NCBI RefSeq assembly: GCF_006345805.1
Contig: NC_043011.1
Location: forward strand, 17,000,464 to 17,064,463
Direction: 5' to 3'
From: Octopus sinensis
Lineage: Eukaryota
Length of the DNA: 64,000 nucleotides
This document shows, piece by piece, positions 1 through 12,255 of the stretch; position 1 is the stretch's first letter; each line of letters opens with the position of its first letter. Below the pieces are notes generated by a model, which was not told the DNA's origin, did not search any database, and saw only the letters and a program-made list of their open reading frames with translations. Position numbers and translations under genes: made by a program.

Positions 1-222
1 CCATCATGTTCTAAATGATGAAATTAACCTCTCTGTCTATATATCTACCTTCTTTGTAATGTTGGCAAATGAAATAAGTATGAAAATGTACATTGTCCAT
101 TTAATTAAAAAAAAATCTTTATGTGGCTAAAGATTGCTTGACTGATGTAATACAGTGTTTAATAAAATGAAGTTGTATGAAACGATTGTACTACACTACC
201 TTTTATATCCTTGTTGCTTATT

Positions 223-275
<53 letters not shown>

Positions 276-389
276 AACTACTATTACTGCCAAACAAACC
301 CAATCATGTTTTTGTCTACATTACTTTAGTATATATATCAATATACACACACACACACATGTACACATACATTCACACTTAAACACATG

Positions 390-1283
390 TATGTGGTCTG
401 ATCATGAAGTATCTAGATTGTTGCCATAGTAATGAAACTAAAGTATGCAGAGTAAAGCCAATTGGCATAGATTGACCTTAAACTCTGCTCAGCATGTGCA
501 TTGAGTTTTGGCATTCTAGCTCACTTCTGCTATTTACAGCAATGCTTGGAAGGAATGTGTGTAGCGTGTGATTGTCACATTAACCATGCCAGAGAAAGTC
601 AAGCAGAGAATTTGCATCAAATCTTACCAAAAGCTTGGTGATACCTGCTCAAAGGCCTACACAAAGTTTTAAAAAGGTTTTCATCATTCTTGACACAATC
701 AGGAACTTGTGCAACTGAAACTCCAATGTCTTTCTCGTCAGCTGAAAGCAGTTTTGGCACAAACTTGGCAGACACATGTCCCATACCCAAATTTTCAGTG
801 ATAATGGCCTCAACTGAACCATAACTAATCTACACATCCTCTGATAACACATGGATGGTGATTCAACGATTTTCCCTCACAGCTGCATGCACATCTGCGA
901 TGTTTTTCTCAGTTGTGCTGGTTGTGGTTCTCCAAGAACGTTCATCAGCATTGACATTTTTCAGCTATTTTGGAAGCATCTGAACCACTCGTACACTTGT
1001 GTGTAGCTCCTACACTCATCACCATACACTTTCTGCAACTTTGCATAGGCCTCTGAGCAGGTATCCCCATGACAACTTTCTCTGTCATGGTCAATGTGAT
1101 GATCACATGCTACACACCTTCCTTCCAAGCACTGCTGTAAACAGTGGAAGCGAGCTAGAATGTTCAAACTTACTTCATATGCATAGCAGAGTTCAAGGTC
1201 AATCTTTACCAAGAGAATTCACTCTGTGTGCTTTAGCTTGTTACTATGGCAACAATCCGGATACTTATTGATCAGACCTTGTA
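390..1283. mobile_element. mariner-derived non-autonomous element made of two opposed 5' ends
   Basis: TA-flanked TIRs (TATGTGGTCTGATCATGAAGTATC / rc TACAAGGTCTGATCAATAAGTATCC). Transposase N-terminus on both strands: + MPEKVKQRICIK..LGDTCS; - GDTCSEAYAKLQKVYGDEC..VYEWFRCFQ, continuing to HVSAKFVPKLLS. Confidence 0.85.
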
Positions 1284-1697
1284 TACATCTGTGTACACAC
1301 ATATGCATATGTATGCATGCATAAATACACATATATACATGCACATAAAACCACATGCATACACACCTATGTTCATACCTATCTACATAAATTTATGTGT
1401 GTATATGTATGCATACATGCATATGTGCATGCATACACACACACACACACAAATACTCACACATATATCGATATAGTTAATGCATTAAATTCACTGGATA
1501 TTTCCTGCCTGTTACAATGCAATCAAATTCACACAGAGTTTGGATAAAATGATAATATACAGAGAGAAATAGGCATAAACGGATAATTAGTGAAATAGTA
1601 AGACGTATATAGAGTAAACTCAGTGAGGTATTTTCCTGTCAGCTGACACAAAGATAAAATAAAAGAGTGTGTATAGGTATGGTTGTATGAGTATCTG

Positions 1698-1742
<45 letters not shown>

Positions 1743-2245
1743 TTAACGTTTGCTTTCCATGCTAGCATGGGTTGGACGATTTGACTGAGGGCTGGCGAAC
1801 CAGATAGCTGCACCAGGCTTCAATCTTGATCTGGCAGAGTTTCTACAGCTGGATGCCCTTCCTAACGTCAACCACTCTGAGAGTGTAGTGGGTGCTTTTA
1901 TGTCCCACCGGCACAGGGTCAGTCAGGCAGTACTGGCAACAACCTCACTCAAATCTTTTACACATACCACTGGCACAGGTGCCAGTAAGGCGATGCTAGT
2001 AATGATCACACTCGAATGGTGTCTTTTACATGCCACCGGCACGGAGGCCAGATAGCCGCTCTGGCAACAATCATGCTCGGATGGTGCTCTTAACACTCTA
2101 CTAGCACAGAGCTTGAGTACCAGTAAGGCAACTCTGGTAACGATCACACTCATATGGTGCTCTTTGCACCCCACTAGCATAGACGCCAGTCATCGGATTT
2201 GATTTTGATTTCACTTGCCTCAACAGGTCTTCACAAACAGAGTTT
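1698..2245 (-). mobile_element. (ATG)n-tailed retroposon; truncated RTE-LINE 3' UTR
   Basis: (CAT)n followed by TTTAACGTTTGCTTTCCATGCTAGCATGGGTTGGACG; same family recurs many times in the window. Confidence 0.8.
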
Positions 2246-2451
2246 TATTGTTCAAAGAAGGAAAAAAATCTCTATGCATATGTCTACATATGAGTATGTA
2301 CACATCAAACATTATATAGTATTGTGGGTATGTTGATGAAAACATTATCAAATGTGCCTTGTATTTAAGATGGCATGTCCTTATTGGGTTGCATGCATGT
2401 GTGTATATATGTAAATATATGTACATACGTATATTTATACATATATACTCA

Positions 2452-2662
2452 TTTACTCTTTTACTTGTTTCAGTCATTTGACTGTTGCCATGATGGAGCA
2501 CCGCCTTTAGTCAAGCAAATCGGCCCCGGGACTTATTCTTTGTAAGCCTAGTACTTATTCTATCGGTGTCTCTTGCCGAATCGCTAAGTTACGGGGACGT
2601 AAACACACCAGTATTGGTTGTCAAGCGATGTTGGGGGAACAAACACAGACACACAAACATAT

Positions 2663-2713
<51 letters not shown>

Positions 2714-2867
2714 CATATATATGACAGGCTTCTTTCAGTTTCTGTCTACCAAATCCATTCATGAGGCTATAGTAGAAGACTCTTGCCCAAGGTGCCACGC
2801 AGTGGAACTGAACCCAGAATCATGTGGTTGGTGAGCAAGCTACTTACCACACAGCCACTCCTACGCC
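2452..2867 (-). mobile_element. tRNA-headed CORE-like SINE with internal microsatellite
   Basis: rc head GGCGTAGGAGTGGCTGTGTGGTAAG..GGGTTCAGTTCC; CORE-like GGCACCTTGGGCAAGAGTCTT; more than 12 copies in the window. Confidence 0.85.
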
Positions 2868-2889
<22 letters not shown>

Positions 2890-2934
<45 letters not shown>

Positions 2935-3593
2935 GGCAAGTCTGTGTGTTTGTCTAAGACTATCCAACAGACCTTGATGAAACTTGATACATGTGTGGGG
3001 CTTATGCCCATGTGGTCACTTATGGACTTGGAATTTTTAAAAATCAATTTTTAATCAACATCGATTTTTCAAAAATCGCAAAATTTCAACAATTTTCGCA
3101 CTAGCCATCCTGACATCAATTTCACAAAAAATGTCGAAATTTGATGAAAAATGTTTCATGGGTATAAACAGACAGCTTATTAATGGTAATCTATTTAGCA
3201 TTTGCTAATTCTTCATTTCAATGCGAATTGTTTTGATTTGCTAAAACTTATTATTTCAATTAGTTGTTTTAATTCCACAGCATTTCAGGGTTTGATTAGG
3301 TAAGAGCATTTTATTTCTTCAGAAAAATTTGGGCATCTTGCATACTGGCTATCGTGATATCAATTTGACGAAATCTGCCCCCAAAGCATAAAATTTCACC
3401 ATTTTATGCACATGCACAAATATGACGATGACACAGGTTTACTACCAGACTCTGCTCATGTTTTCATCAAATTGGTCCTACCCATTAATATAGATGTTAA
3501 TTTTTTTAAATGCCGAAATCTGCCAAAACATGTTTCATGGTTATAAACAGACATCTTAGTAATGGTAATTTATTACCAGGTTACTTCAGCTAG
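2890..3593 (+). mobile_element. non-autonomous Helitron-like element
   Basis: 5' AT-rich run plus GTCTGTGTGTTTGTCT; 3' hairpin GGTAAT/ATTACC then CTAG|T; internal ~65-bp direct repeat near 3129 and 3509. Confidence 0.55.
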
Positions 3594-3645
3594 TATATAT
3601 ATATACATATATATATATATATTATATATATATATATAATATATA

Positions 3646-3676
<31 letters not shown>

Positions 3677-3728
3677 ATATAATATATATATATATATGCA
3701 TGCATATATGTCTATGTGTGTGTGTGTG

Positions 3729-3762
<34 letters not shown>

Positions 3763-3905
3763 CTTTATTTAAGCAGCAGAAAATTCAACAAAACCTGTTA
3801 CTCTGAGTTTCACGTTCCTGTTCGTCGGACAGTTTTTGCTAGAATAGAACCGATGGGAAACTCAGAGTAACAGGTTTTGTTGAATTTTCTGTTGCTTAAA
3901 TAAAG
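3763..3905. repeat. 49-bp-arm inverted repeat containing a hammerhead-like motif
   Basis: Arms 3763-3811 and 3857-3905, 48/49 match. Confidence 0.9.
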
Positions 3906-4265
3906 CATATTACCCTACCACTGGTATTTGAGTACTCTTTTTTCCACCTTGTTTCACATTTATGTGTTTACTCCGGTATATATATATTCATTTCTATGTA
4001 TGTGTGAAATTTATGTATGTTTGTCTGTGTATGTATTTATGTATATATATATATATATTTATATATATATTTATATATATATATGTATATATAAATTGAT
4101 ATATTCAAATGGTGTGAAGGTGCTAATACTCATATTTTATCTTTGCTGCATGAATATCAACTATTTATGAAACAGTTTCTGCACCAATCAAATCTCCGAC
4201 AAATAATTAAAAAATCACAAATCATTAACTGAAGACAACCACCAAATTTCAAGAGACTTCTAGCA

Positions 4266-4690
4266 TTGGCAAGATTCACATCGAATAAAGAAATAATGCA
4301 AGTAACAAACTGTGAAGACCTTCAATGTGAGAGATGTGAAATAACTGAGCAAGGAACAACCAAAAGATTTAAGATTGGGAAGGAACTGAGAGTGAATGAA
4401 ATCATGTATTACAAAACAAACAAAAAAAATCTCATCTACTACATCACATGCCCACAATGCAATGAGAATTACATTGGAGAAACAGGGATGAAATTAACCA
4501 GTTGTATAAAAGTGCATCAACAATGAATCAAAGGTTCATCTCTTAGGAATGTTCAATGTAGTAAACATCTAGACATTTGTGAAAATGGAAAATTCAAAAT
4601 ATTCCCCTTTTAAAAATTAAAAGATGAAAAGGATCAACAACGAAAGACAAAAGAAGAATACTTCAAGAATTCTAAATCTGAAGCTAAGCC
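4266..4690 (+). pseudogene. Penelope-like element GIY-YIG endonuclease remnant
   Basis: LIYYITCPQCNENYIGETGMKL..IKVHQQ then SKHLDIC..FKIFPF; contains in-frame stops. Confidence 0.85.
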
Positions 4691-5036
4691 AGAAATAGTC
4701 AACATTTAGAATAGTCAATAATTTAATGTATTCACCTTTTACAAAATTTAAGAGTAAAATGGTCAATGGTTATAGGTAAAATAAGCATACTTTATAAAAA
4801 TTCTACATTTGTAACTAAACTGAAAATAGTTAACACTATTACAAAAAGACTACTTTCTCTTTATGCAATAATCTGGAACTAATATGTTTGAAAAGTTGAA
4901 AAACGACAGTGCTTACATATAAAATGCCTGCTAGACATAAAATGTTAAATACAAATTTCTTCTGCAAAGGTTAGTGATGTTCTGTAAAATAAAAAAAAAA
5001 AATAGTTGATAAATTTTAGAAACAACATTTTTTCAA

Positions 5037-5860
5037 ATTATGTATGTATGTATGCATGCATGCATGTATGCATGTATGTATGTATGTATGTATGTATGTA
5101 TGTATGTATGTATGTATGTATGTATGTATGTATGTATGTATGTAGGTATGTATTATGTATGTATGTATGTATGTATGTATGTATGTATGTATGTATGTAT
5201 GTATGTATGTATGTATGCATGTATGTATGTATGTATGTATGTATGTATGCATGCATGCATGCATGTATGCATGTATGTATGTATGTATGTATGTATGTAT
5301 GTATGTATGTATTATGTATGTATGTATGTATGTATGTATGTATGTATGTATGTATTATGTATGTATGTATGTATGTATGTATGTATGTTGTATGTATGCT
5401 GTATGCATGCATGCATGTATGCATGTATGTATGTATGTATGTATGTATGTATGTATGTATGTATGCATGCATGCATGTATGCATGTATGTATGTATGTAT
5501 GTATGTATGTATGTATGTATGTATTATGTATGTATGTATGTATGTATGTATGTATGTATGTATGTATTATGTATGTATGTATGTATGTATGTATGCATGT
5601 ATGTATGTATGTATGTATGCATGCATGCATGCATGCATGCATGTATGTATGTATGTATGTATGTATGTATGTATGTATGTATTATGTATGTATTATGTAT
5701 GTATGTATGTATGTATGTATGTATGCATGCATGCATGTATGTATGCATGTATGCATGTATGCATGTATGCATGTATGTATGTATGTATGTATGTATGCAT
5801 GTATGCATGTATGTATGTATGCATGCATGTATGCATGTATGTATGTATGTATGCATGTAC
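5037..5860. repeat. (ATGT)n/(GCAT)n tetranucleotide array
   Basis: Directly visible; source of the MYVC/HTYI ORF artefacts. Confidence 0.98.
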
Positions 5861-5864
5861 ATGA

Positions 5865-6040
5865 AACCCAGTTACAACTACAGCTGGCTATTACCAGTAA
5901 AGATTTCAGTTGCCAATTTTGTACCAGACATTGTAGATCTTTAGCTGGACTAAAAAGTCACATTCGATCACAGCACCAGTAACAGTTAAGCTTTGTGCAA
6001 TGGCCATACTCGATAGTGAGGGAGCAGCCATAATAATAAT
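5865..6040 (+). mobile_element. RTE-type LINE 3' end
   Basis: FSCQFCTRHCRSLAGLKSHIRSQH* C-terminal Cys/His motif, short UTR, (ATA)n tail. Confidence 0.7.
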
Positions 6041-6084
6041 GTATGTATATATGTATGTATGTATGTATGCATGCCTGTCTTCCA

Positions 6085-6318
6085 CAACAGAATTGAGATC
6101 CTCAACCCAAGGTGCCACATAAAAAGTACTGGTGATGGTGCTACTTAAAAAGCACTCAGTACACCCTGTAAAGTGGTTGGCAGAAGGGCATCCAACCATC
6201 GAAACCTAGCCAGAACAGACTATGGAAATCTGGTGCAGCCCCTGGTTCTGCTAGTTCCTGTCAATCCATCCAAACCATAACAGCATGCAAAATGTTGATG
6301 CTGCTGCTGATGATGATA
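6085..6318 (+). mobile_element. (ATG)n-tailed RTE 3' UTR fragment (degenerate)
   Basis: AAGCACTCAGTACACCCTGTAAAGTGGTTGG..GAAGGGCATCC..GATGATGAT. Confidence 0.65.
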
Positions 6319-6320
6319 TA

Positions 6321-6689
6321 TCTATTATATAAAATCCGTTCTGTCTGTCTGAGTGTGTGTGTCTTCTAGGATCTCAAGCATCCTCCATCCAATTGCGCTC
6401 AAATTTGAGATGTAGATACCGACGGTATCAGAGCATGTATAAGTCTTGCAAAAATTATTCAAATCGATTCCAGGTGAGAATGCGATCGATAAAGCCGTGG
6501 GAACGTGCATTTGTACATGCAAGTACATCAGTCGAAATCCGTCTTTTGCTGGTGTCTCAAATTTAGGTTAAATCAGTGTTTCCCAAAAGAAGGCCTATGG
6601 GACGGTCGGACAAGTTGTTTTGAGAAAATTTGGTTTAAATTTGGTTTAAACTCAGCACCGTCCATTGGATGGGGGCGGGGCGTTTTGCT

Positions 6690-6691
<2 letters not shown>
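6321..6691 (+). mobile_element. non-autonomous Helitron-like element
   Basis: A|TC start, TCTGTCTGTCTG, subterminal hairpin CCGTCC-ATT-GGATGG, CTTG|T end; second partial copy at 58262-58450. Confidence 0.65.
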
Positions 6692-6734
<43 letters not shown>

Positions 6735-6739
<5 letters not shown>

Positions 6740-7303
6740 TCTCATACCTGAAACTGTAAGGGAATTGAAATGGAAAGTTGAAGCATGGAAGCTAAACCAG
6801 GAGTTGACTCAAAGTATACTTAGCAAAGAGTAAAGTTTTTCTCAGGATGAGAGAAGACAGGACCATAGTATCTTGTTGGAAATGGTCTTACTTCATATAT
6901 GGAGAAAATGTAGGTATAAACGCCATATGCGGCAGCCAATATATAGTATGAATTCATGTATAGTAGAATTTCAGGCAGACTAACAGAGATTGCAAGTTTC
7001 ATATGTGATAGATACACTGGAGCAATATGCATTATGAACACATGAAGAGAGTCAAAGTCAACTCTCTTAAATGCCCAGATACTCTCTCTCTCTCTCATTA
7101 CTTGTTTCAGTCATTTGACTGTGGCCATGCTGGAGTACCGCCTTTAGTCAAGCAAATCAACCCCAGAACTTATTCTTTGTAAGCCTAGTACTTATTCTAT
7201 CGGTCTCTTTGCCGAACTGCTGAGTTATGGGGATGTAAACACGCCAGCATCGGTTGTCAAGTGATGTTGGGTGGGGGAGCCAAACACAGACACACAAACA
7301 AAT

Positions 7304-7364
<61 letters not shown>

Positions 7365-8030
7365 TATGATGGGCTTCTTTCAGTTTCCGTCTACCAAATC
7401 CACTCACAAGGCTTTGGTTGGCCCAAGGCTATAGTAGAAGACACTTGCCCAAGGTGCCACACAGTGGGACTGAACCTGGAACCATGTGGTTCGTAAGCAA
7501 GCTACATACCACACAGCCACTCCTACGCCTGATGATTACAAATAATTTTTGTTTCTGAGAAGTAATTAGCCAAGAAGGTGGTTGCTATGAAATTATAGCA
7601 GCCACACTAAGAACATGTTGAAAAAGTTCAATGAACTTCTTTGTCTGCTGGCAACAAAACTGTTTTCCTTTAGAATGAAAGCCAGATTGTTTCATTAGTG
7701 CTCCAGTGCAGCATGATGGTGAGACATGAAGCTTGAATGTAGAGGACTTGAGAAGACAGGGAAGAGAAGAATTGAGAATGCTGAGAATTGAGAATGTAGG
7801 AATGAGTGAATGACATAGAGATGTGCTGAGAGAAAACTGTTGGCATAAGAAGAATCAGATACAGCAGGCATGAAAAGTGACTGCACTTGTAGGGTTATGT
7901 AATGTTTATGGGTGTGGACAGTTGTATAAAGAAATGCCAATCACTTAATGTGGGTGGTACATGCAGAAAAGGAACCTTCAAGAAGGTTCTTGAGTTCTTG
8001 AGAAAATCTGCCCAACTTAGCAAAACTAAG
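6735..8030 (+). pseudogene. highly degenerate RTE LINE ORF2 C-terminal region, split by a SINE
   Basis: ELKWKVEAWK, GKWS..VGINAI, EVISQEGGCYE..KKFNELL.LLATK.FSFRMKARL resemble RTE motifs. Confidence 0.65.
7097..7529 (-). mobile_element. CORE-like SINE
   Basis: Full-length match to the 2452-2867 family. Confidence 0.9.
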
Positions 8031-8041
8031 TTCTAGAAGCA

Positions 8042-8115
<74 letters not shown>

Positions 8116-8241
8116 AAATTTTTTGCATAATAAGGTAAAAAACCAAAGCTATGTAGATATTAGAGCATTTATAGACTTTCTATCTATAAATGCTGTAATA
8201 TCTATACAGCCTTGGTTTTTACCTTATTACGCAAAAAATTT
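8116..8241. repeat. foldback/MITE-like palindrome
   Basis: ~60-bp arms 8116-8175 and 8183-8241, about 5 mismatches, 7-bp spacer. Confidence 0.85.
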
Positions 8242-8316
8242 TTATATACACACACTGACATAGAATCAACGTTGAACCCTTTATTCGGAACATTACCGAA
8301 TCTGGAACTTAAGTAT

Positions 8317-9150
8317 GTTAGTTAAGTTAGTTAGTTAGTTAGTTAGTTAATTTTTTGGCTCAAAAGCAAAAAACAAGGCCATGTAGGGGGACATGGAGTT
8401 ATGTACAGGGTGGTGTTCATGTAAAGAGTTCAGGCCACTTGATGTCAAAGGAGACTTTGAACAAAGCGGTCGTCAGCATCTTCACCATCTCGTCTGGCAG
8501 CTTGTTCCACGGATCTGCAACCCGGACGGAGAAAGCTCCTCTCCTTCGATTGAGATGAAATCGTCGCAGGTAGAGCTTTTCGGAATGACCCCGCAGCCGA
8601 TACTCTGGAGCAGGAGTGAAGAACAGCTCTTTCGAAAGGTTACACTTTCCGCTTATGATGTTGTGAGTGAGAATGAGATCACTACGGCGGTGGCGTTTTT
8701 CTAGAGAATAAAGGTCGAGCGTCTTCAGCCTTTCTTCATAAGACAAATTCTTGAGACCATGAACCATGCGGGTAGCCAGCTTCTGGACTCTTTCGAGATG
8801 CTGTATGTCTTTGAGGAGATAAGGAGAAGAGGCTTGAATCCTGTACTCCAATATGGGTCTCACCAGCGTGACATAGAGTGGTAGGAATATGGCTGCTGTG
8901 AGCATTCCGAATGACCGTCGAATCAAGAAGAGAATTCCGCGTGCTTTGTTGGCAGCATGGACGCACTGGGCTGAAGGCGAAAAGGAGGAATCTACCAAGA
9001 TACCCAGGTCCTTTACCTGATCGGTCCTCTCCAGCAGCAGACGACCTGGCTCGAAATCAAGTTGAGTTGCAGGAGGAGTCTGTCTATAGCACTTATTCAG
9101 CATTACCTGACACCTTTGGGTCTCAATGACAGCATTATCACTTATAACCT
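8317..9150 (-). mobile_element. 5'-truncated CR1 LINE (RT C-terminus, 3' UTR, (AACT)n tail)
   Basis: KDLGILVD..LYVTLVRPILEY..LERVQKLATRMV..YEERL..LRGH..FSVRVADPWNKLP; frame open 8417-~9100. Confidence 0.95.
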
Positions 9151-9153
9151 CAA

Positions 9154-9187
<34 letters not shown>

Positions 9188-9747
9188 ATGTGTGTGTGTA
9201 TGTGTGTGTGTGTGCGTGTGCGCACAACTGGGCCTTTGGTCCAATTTCCCTGCTAAGACAACCTCATCACCCTTCTCTGTAACTGCAGATATTCCTTGAT
9301 ATCACTTATTCTCTCAACTACCAAAAGCCATTTAACTTTATATGCAACTCTCTTCTTTAATACTGTCCTCTTCACCCACATTTTGCATTGCCCTCACTCC
9401 TCTGAGCCACAAAGCCATCTCACCTTCTCACCTTCTCACCAAGATATGTCTCTCACTCTCCCCCAGCCCTTGCAACGTAACTAATCATTCCCATCTCTCT
9501 CTCTCACCTTTTCCTTGTTTTCTGCATCCTCATTACTATTTTGCTTGAAATGCAGTTTTTTTGCCACTGTCTTATCTGTCTTTTGACGACGGTTATTGCT
9601 CTGACAAATATTGTTATATTCTGAAACCATTGATAGAATGGTTCTATCTGACACTGTATGAAGCCCACCCCCACAGTTATACAGTGTTATTACCCTCAAA
9701 AGGTTGGATCGTTATAACGTCCACTTAGTATCACAGTATAATTACTA

Positions 9748-9935
9748 TATCAGCACAGACACGACTATCAACACAGTCTACACGTATTCTCGACCTTTTG
9801 ACCTTCCTGACCTTTTTCTGCCGATCAGCCCCAGGTCTATCTATCAGCACAGACACGACTATCAACACAGTCTACACGTATTCTCGACCTTTTGACCTTC
9901 CTGACCTTTTTCTGCCGACCAGCCCCAGGTCTATT
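9748..9935 (+). repeat. 94-bp direct tandem duplication
   Basis: Units 9748-9841 and 9842-9935, about one mismatch. Confidence 0.9.
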
Positions 9936-10418
9936 TATAATGACTGACTACAACCACTTTTTACAGGGATGGGTATACAGTTTCACTATACAACACTGCT
10001 ATTCTTCACCTCCATCATTATTGGCTGCCTCCAAACATTACCCATAATTCTTTACATCCATCCACCCCCCAATCCAACCCAATCTCTAAAGTTGTCACCT
10101 ATTATTCCTTACCTCCCCTACTATTCCACTCAACACCTGTTCTTCAATCATGATATTCAGTCCTTCACCCATCCCACCTCACTCTCCCATGGACTCTTGC
10201 AAACTCTATCCACCCACACCCGCAGTTCATATGTCCCCTACCCTTTTCTACTCACCCTGTACCTTGAGAGCCCTCATGACGCTATCCTTTCACCTGTTTG
10301 ATCCTGTCAAACTGTCCAACCATGCCAGCATCAAACAAGGGTGTTCAACAGTGATGATGTTAGTGATGTGCATATGTATATGTGTGTATTTATATAGCGT
10401 TATTCATACATGTGTACA

Positions 10419-10762
10419 GGCACTTGGCTCAGTAGTTAGAGCATTGGGTTACCAATCATGAAGTAGTGAGTTCGAATTCCTCACTGGGCTGTGTGTTGTA
10501 TTTTTCAGCAAGACACCCTATTTCACGTTGCTCTGATTTACTGAGCTACAGCAATGAGTTTACAACATCACAGGTGCCAATCTATATCAGCTTTTGTCTT
10601 TCTCTTGGACAACATCAGTAGTGTGGAGAAGAAGGCAGGCTGGTATGCAGGGTGACAGCTAGTCTTCCATAAACAACTTTGTCCAGACTTGTGCCTCGGA
10701 GTGGAACTTTCTAGGAGTAATTCAGTGGTCATTCATGACCAAAAGTGATCTTTGCCCTTTCC
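10419..10762 (+). mobile_element. tRNA-derived SINE (family D)
   Basis: A box TGGCTCAGTAGTTAG, B box GAGTTCGAATTCC; body matches the reverse complement of 63745-64000. Confidence 0.75.
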
Positions 10763-11231
10763 ACATGCACAGAACAACATTTCAACATGCACACACATGT
10801 ATATATGTGAATAATCAAATATGTAAATTCAAATTAGGGACCTCAAAGCAATTGAAGACCTATTTAGATTTGAAATTCTATTTTAGTTAATTGATGCATT
10901 AAATAACTGGAATCATAAAATATTGAAAATTTGTTTTGTTCTCAAATAAGCTTTTATTTAAGTCTATGTAATATCTCCTTTAAGCAATATATGTGCATAT
11001 GTGCATACATACATACCAATATATATTTATACACACAGACGTAACTGTCTTTTGACGACGTCTATTTATATATGAATTCATTAATATGCATATATGTGCA
11101 TGCATACATACATGAATATATTTATTAAAAGAATATTTATTTATGTAAATGTATATACACACACAAACATACTTAAATATTCTTCCAATAAATATATAAA
11201 AGTATTTATGTGTGTGTCTATATATATATAT

Positions 11232-11460
11232 TCTTTTATTCATTTCAGTCGTTTGACTGCAGCCATGCTGGAGCACCACCTTTAGTTTAGGGATTTAGTT
11301 GAAGTATTCGACTTCAGGATTTATTCTTTGTAAGCTTAGTACCTATTCTATTGGTCTCTTCTGCTGAACTTCTAAGTTACAGGTACTTAAACACACCAGC
11401 ATTGGTTGTCAAGTGATGATGGAGGAACAAACACAGACACAAAGACACACACATATAAAT
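11232..11460 (-). mobile_element. CORE-like SINE, 3' half
   Basis: TTTCAGTCGTTTGACTGCAGCCATGCTGGAGCACC..AAACACAGACAC. Confidence 0.8.
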
Positions 11461-11474
11461 ATATATACATAGGC

Positions 11475-11542
<68 letters not shown>

Positions 11543-11913
11543 ATAAATGCGAAAACTAATTTCTGTGTGTCAGCGTGTCACACTTAGACTCCCTCTCTCA
11601 AAATTCAATGACACTCCTACTATTTCTCATGATGGAGTGAGAGTAATAATAAGCATAGGAACAGTGAGGCAGTGCTGAAGACAGAGAGAGAGAGAAAGAG
11701 AGAGAAAGGAATTTAGAGAGAGTTGATGTTTTATTAAAAGCAGCAGAGTTGGTGGTGGAAGTGGGAGTAATAATAAATGAGAGAGAAAGAATGGGTGCGT
11801 GAGAGAAAGAGGAAGATGATGTACAACTTTGTTTAACCATGTCTCTTTGACAAATTCCTGTCATCAACATACTGAGCACTATCAGTTTTGTTTTATCTTT
11901 TGCTTTCTTTAAT

Positions 11914-11949
<36 letters not shown>

Positions 11950-11954
<5 letters not shown>

Positions 11955-12160
11955 TAATCCAAACATGAAAACACCAAGAGAAAACACAACAACGCGAGGA
12001 CGTGGAACAAATATAGTATTATTGGACGCTCAGGAAGGAAGGGAAGAAGGAGGGTTTTACGTTTCGAGCAGAGCTCTTCGTCAGAAACATAGGAAAAGGA
12101 AAGATCCAGAGAAGGGAAGACGGAGGAATAAAAATCGCCAATGGTACACATGCAGTCACA
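11950..12160 (-). mobile_element. short hammerhead-bearing Penelope-associated element
   Basis: rc GTTT-CTGACGA-AGAGC-TCT-GCTC-GAAAC-GTA-AAAC at 12054-12088; related copies at 23675, 25200, 46325 and 63425. Confidence 0.7.
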
Positions 12161-12255
12161 TTTTGTATATATATATATACATACACACAAATGCACACAC
12201 ACACATATATATAAAATACACATTAATTGAAATAAATTATCCCCAAGATTAAACA

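Noticed and set aside
5006-5982. Long ORFs of 274-312 aa (MYVC/HTYI repeats)
   Set aside because: Artefacts of a stop-free tetranucleotide repeat; the same applies at 15115-15980, 24544-24991 and other microsatellites.
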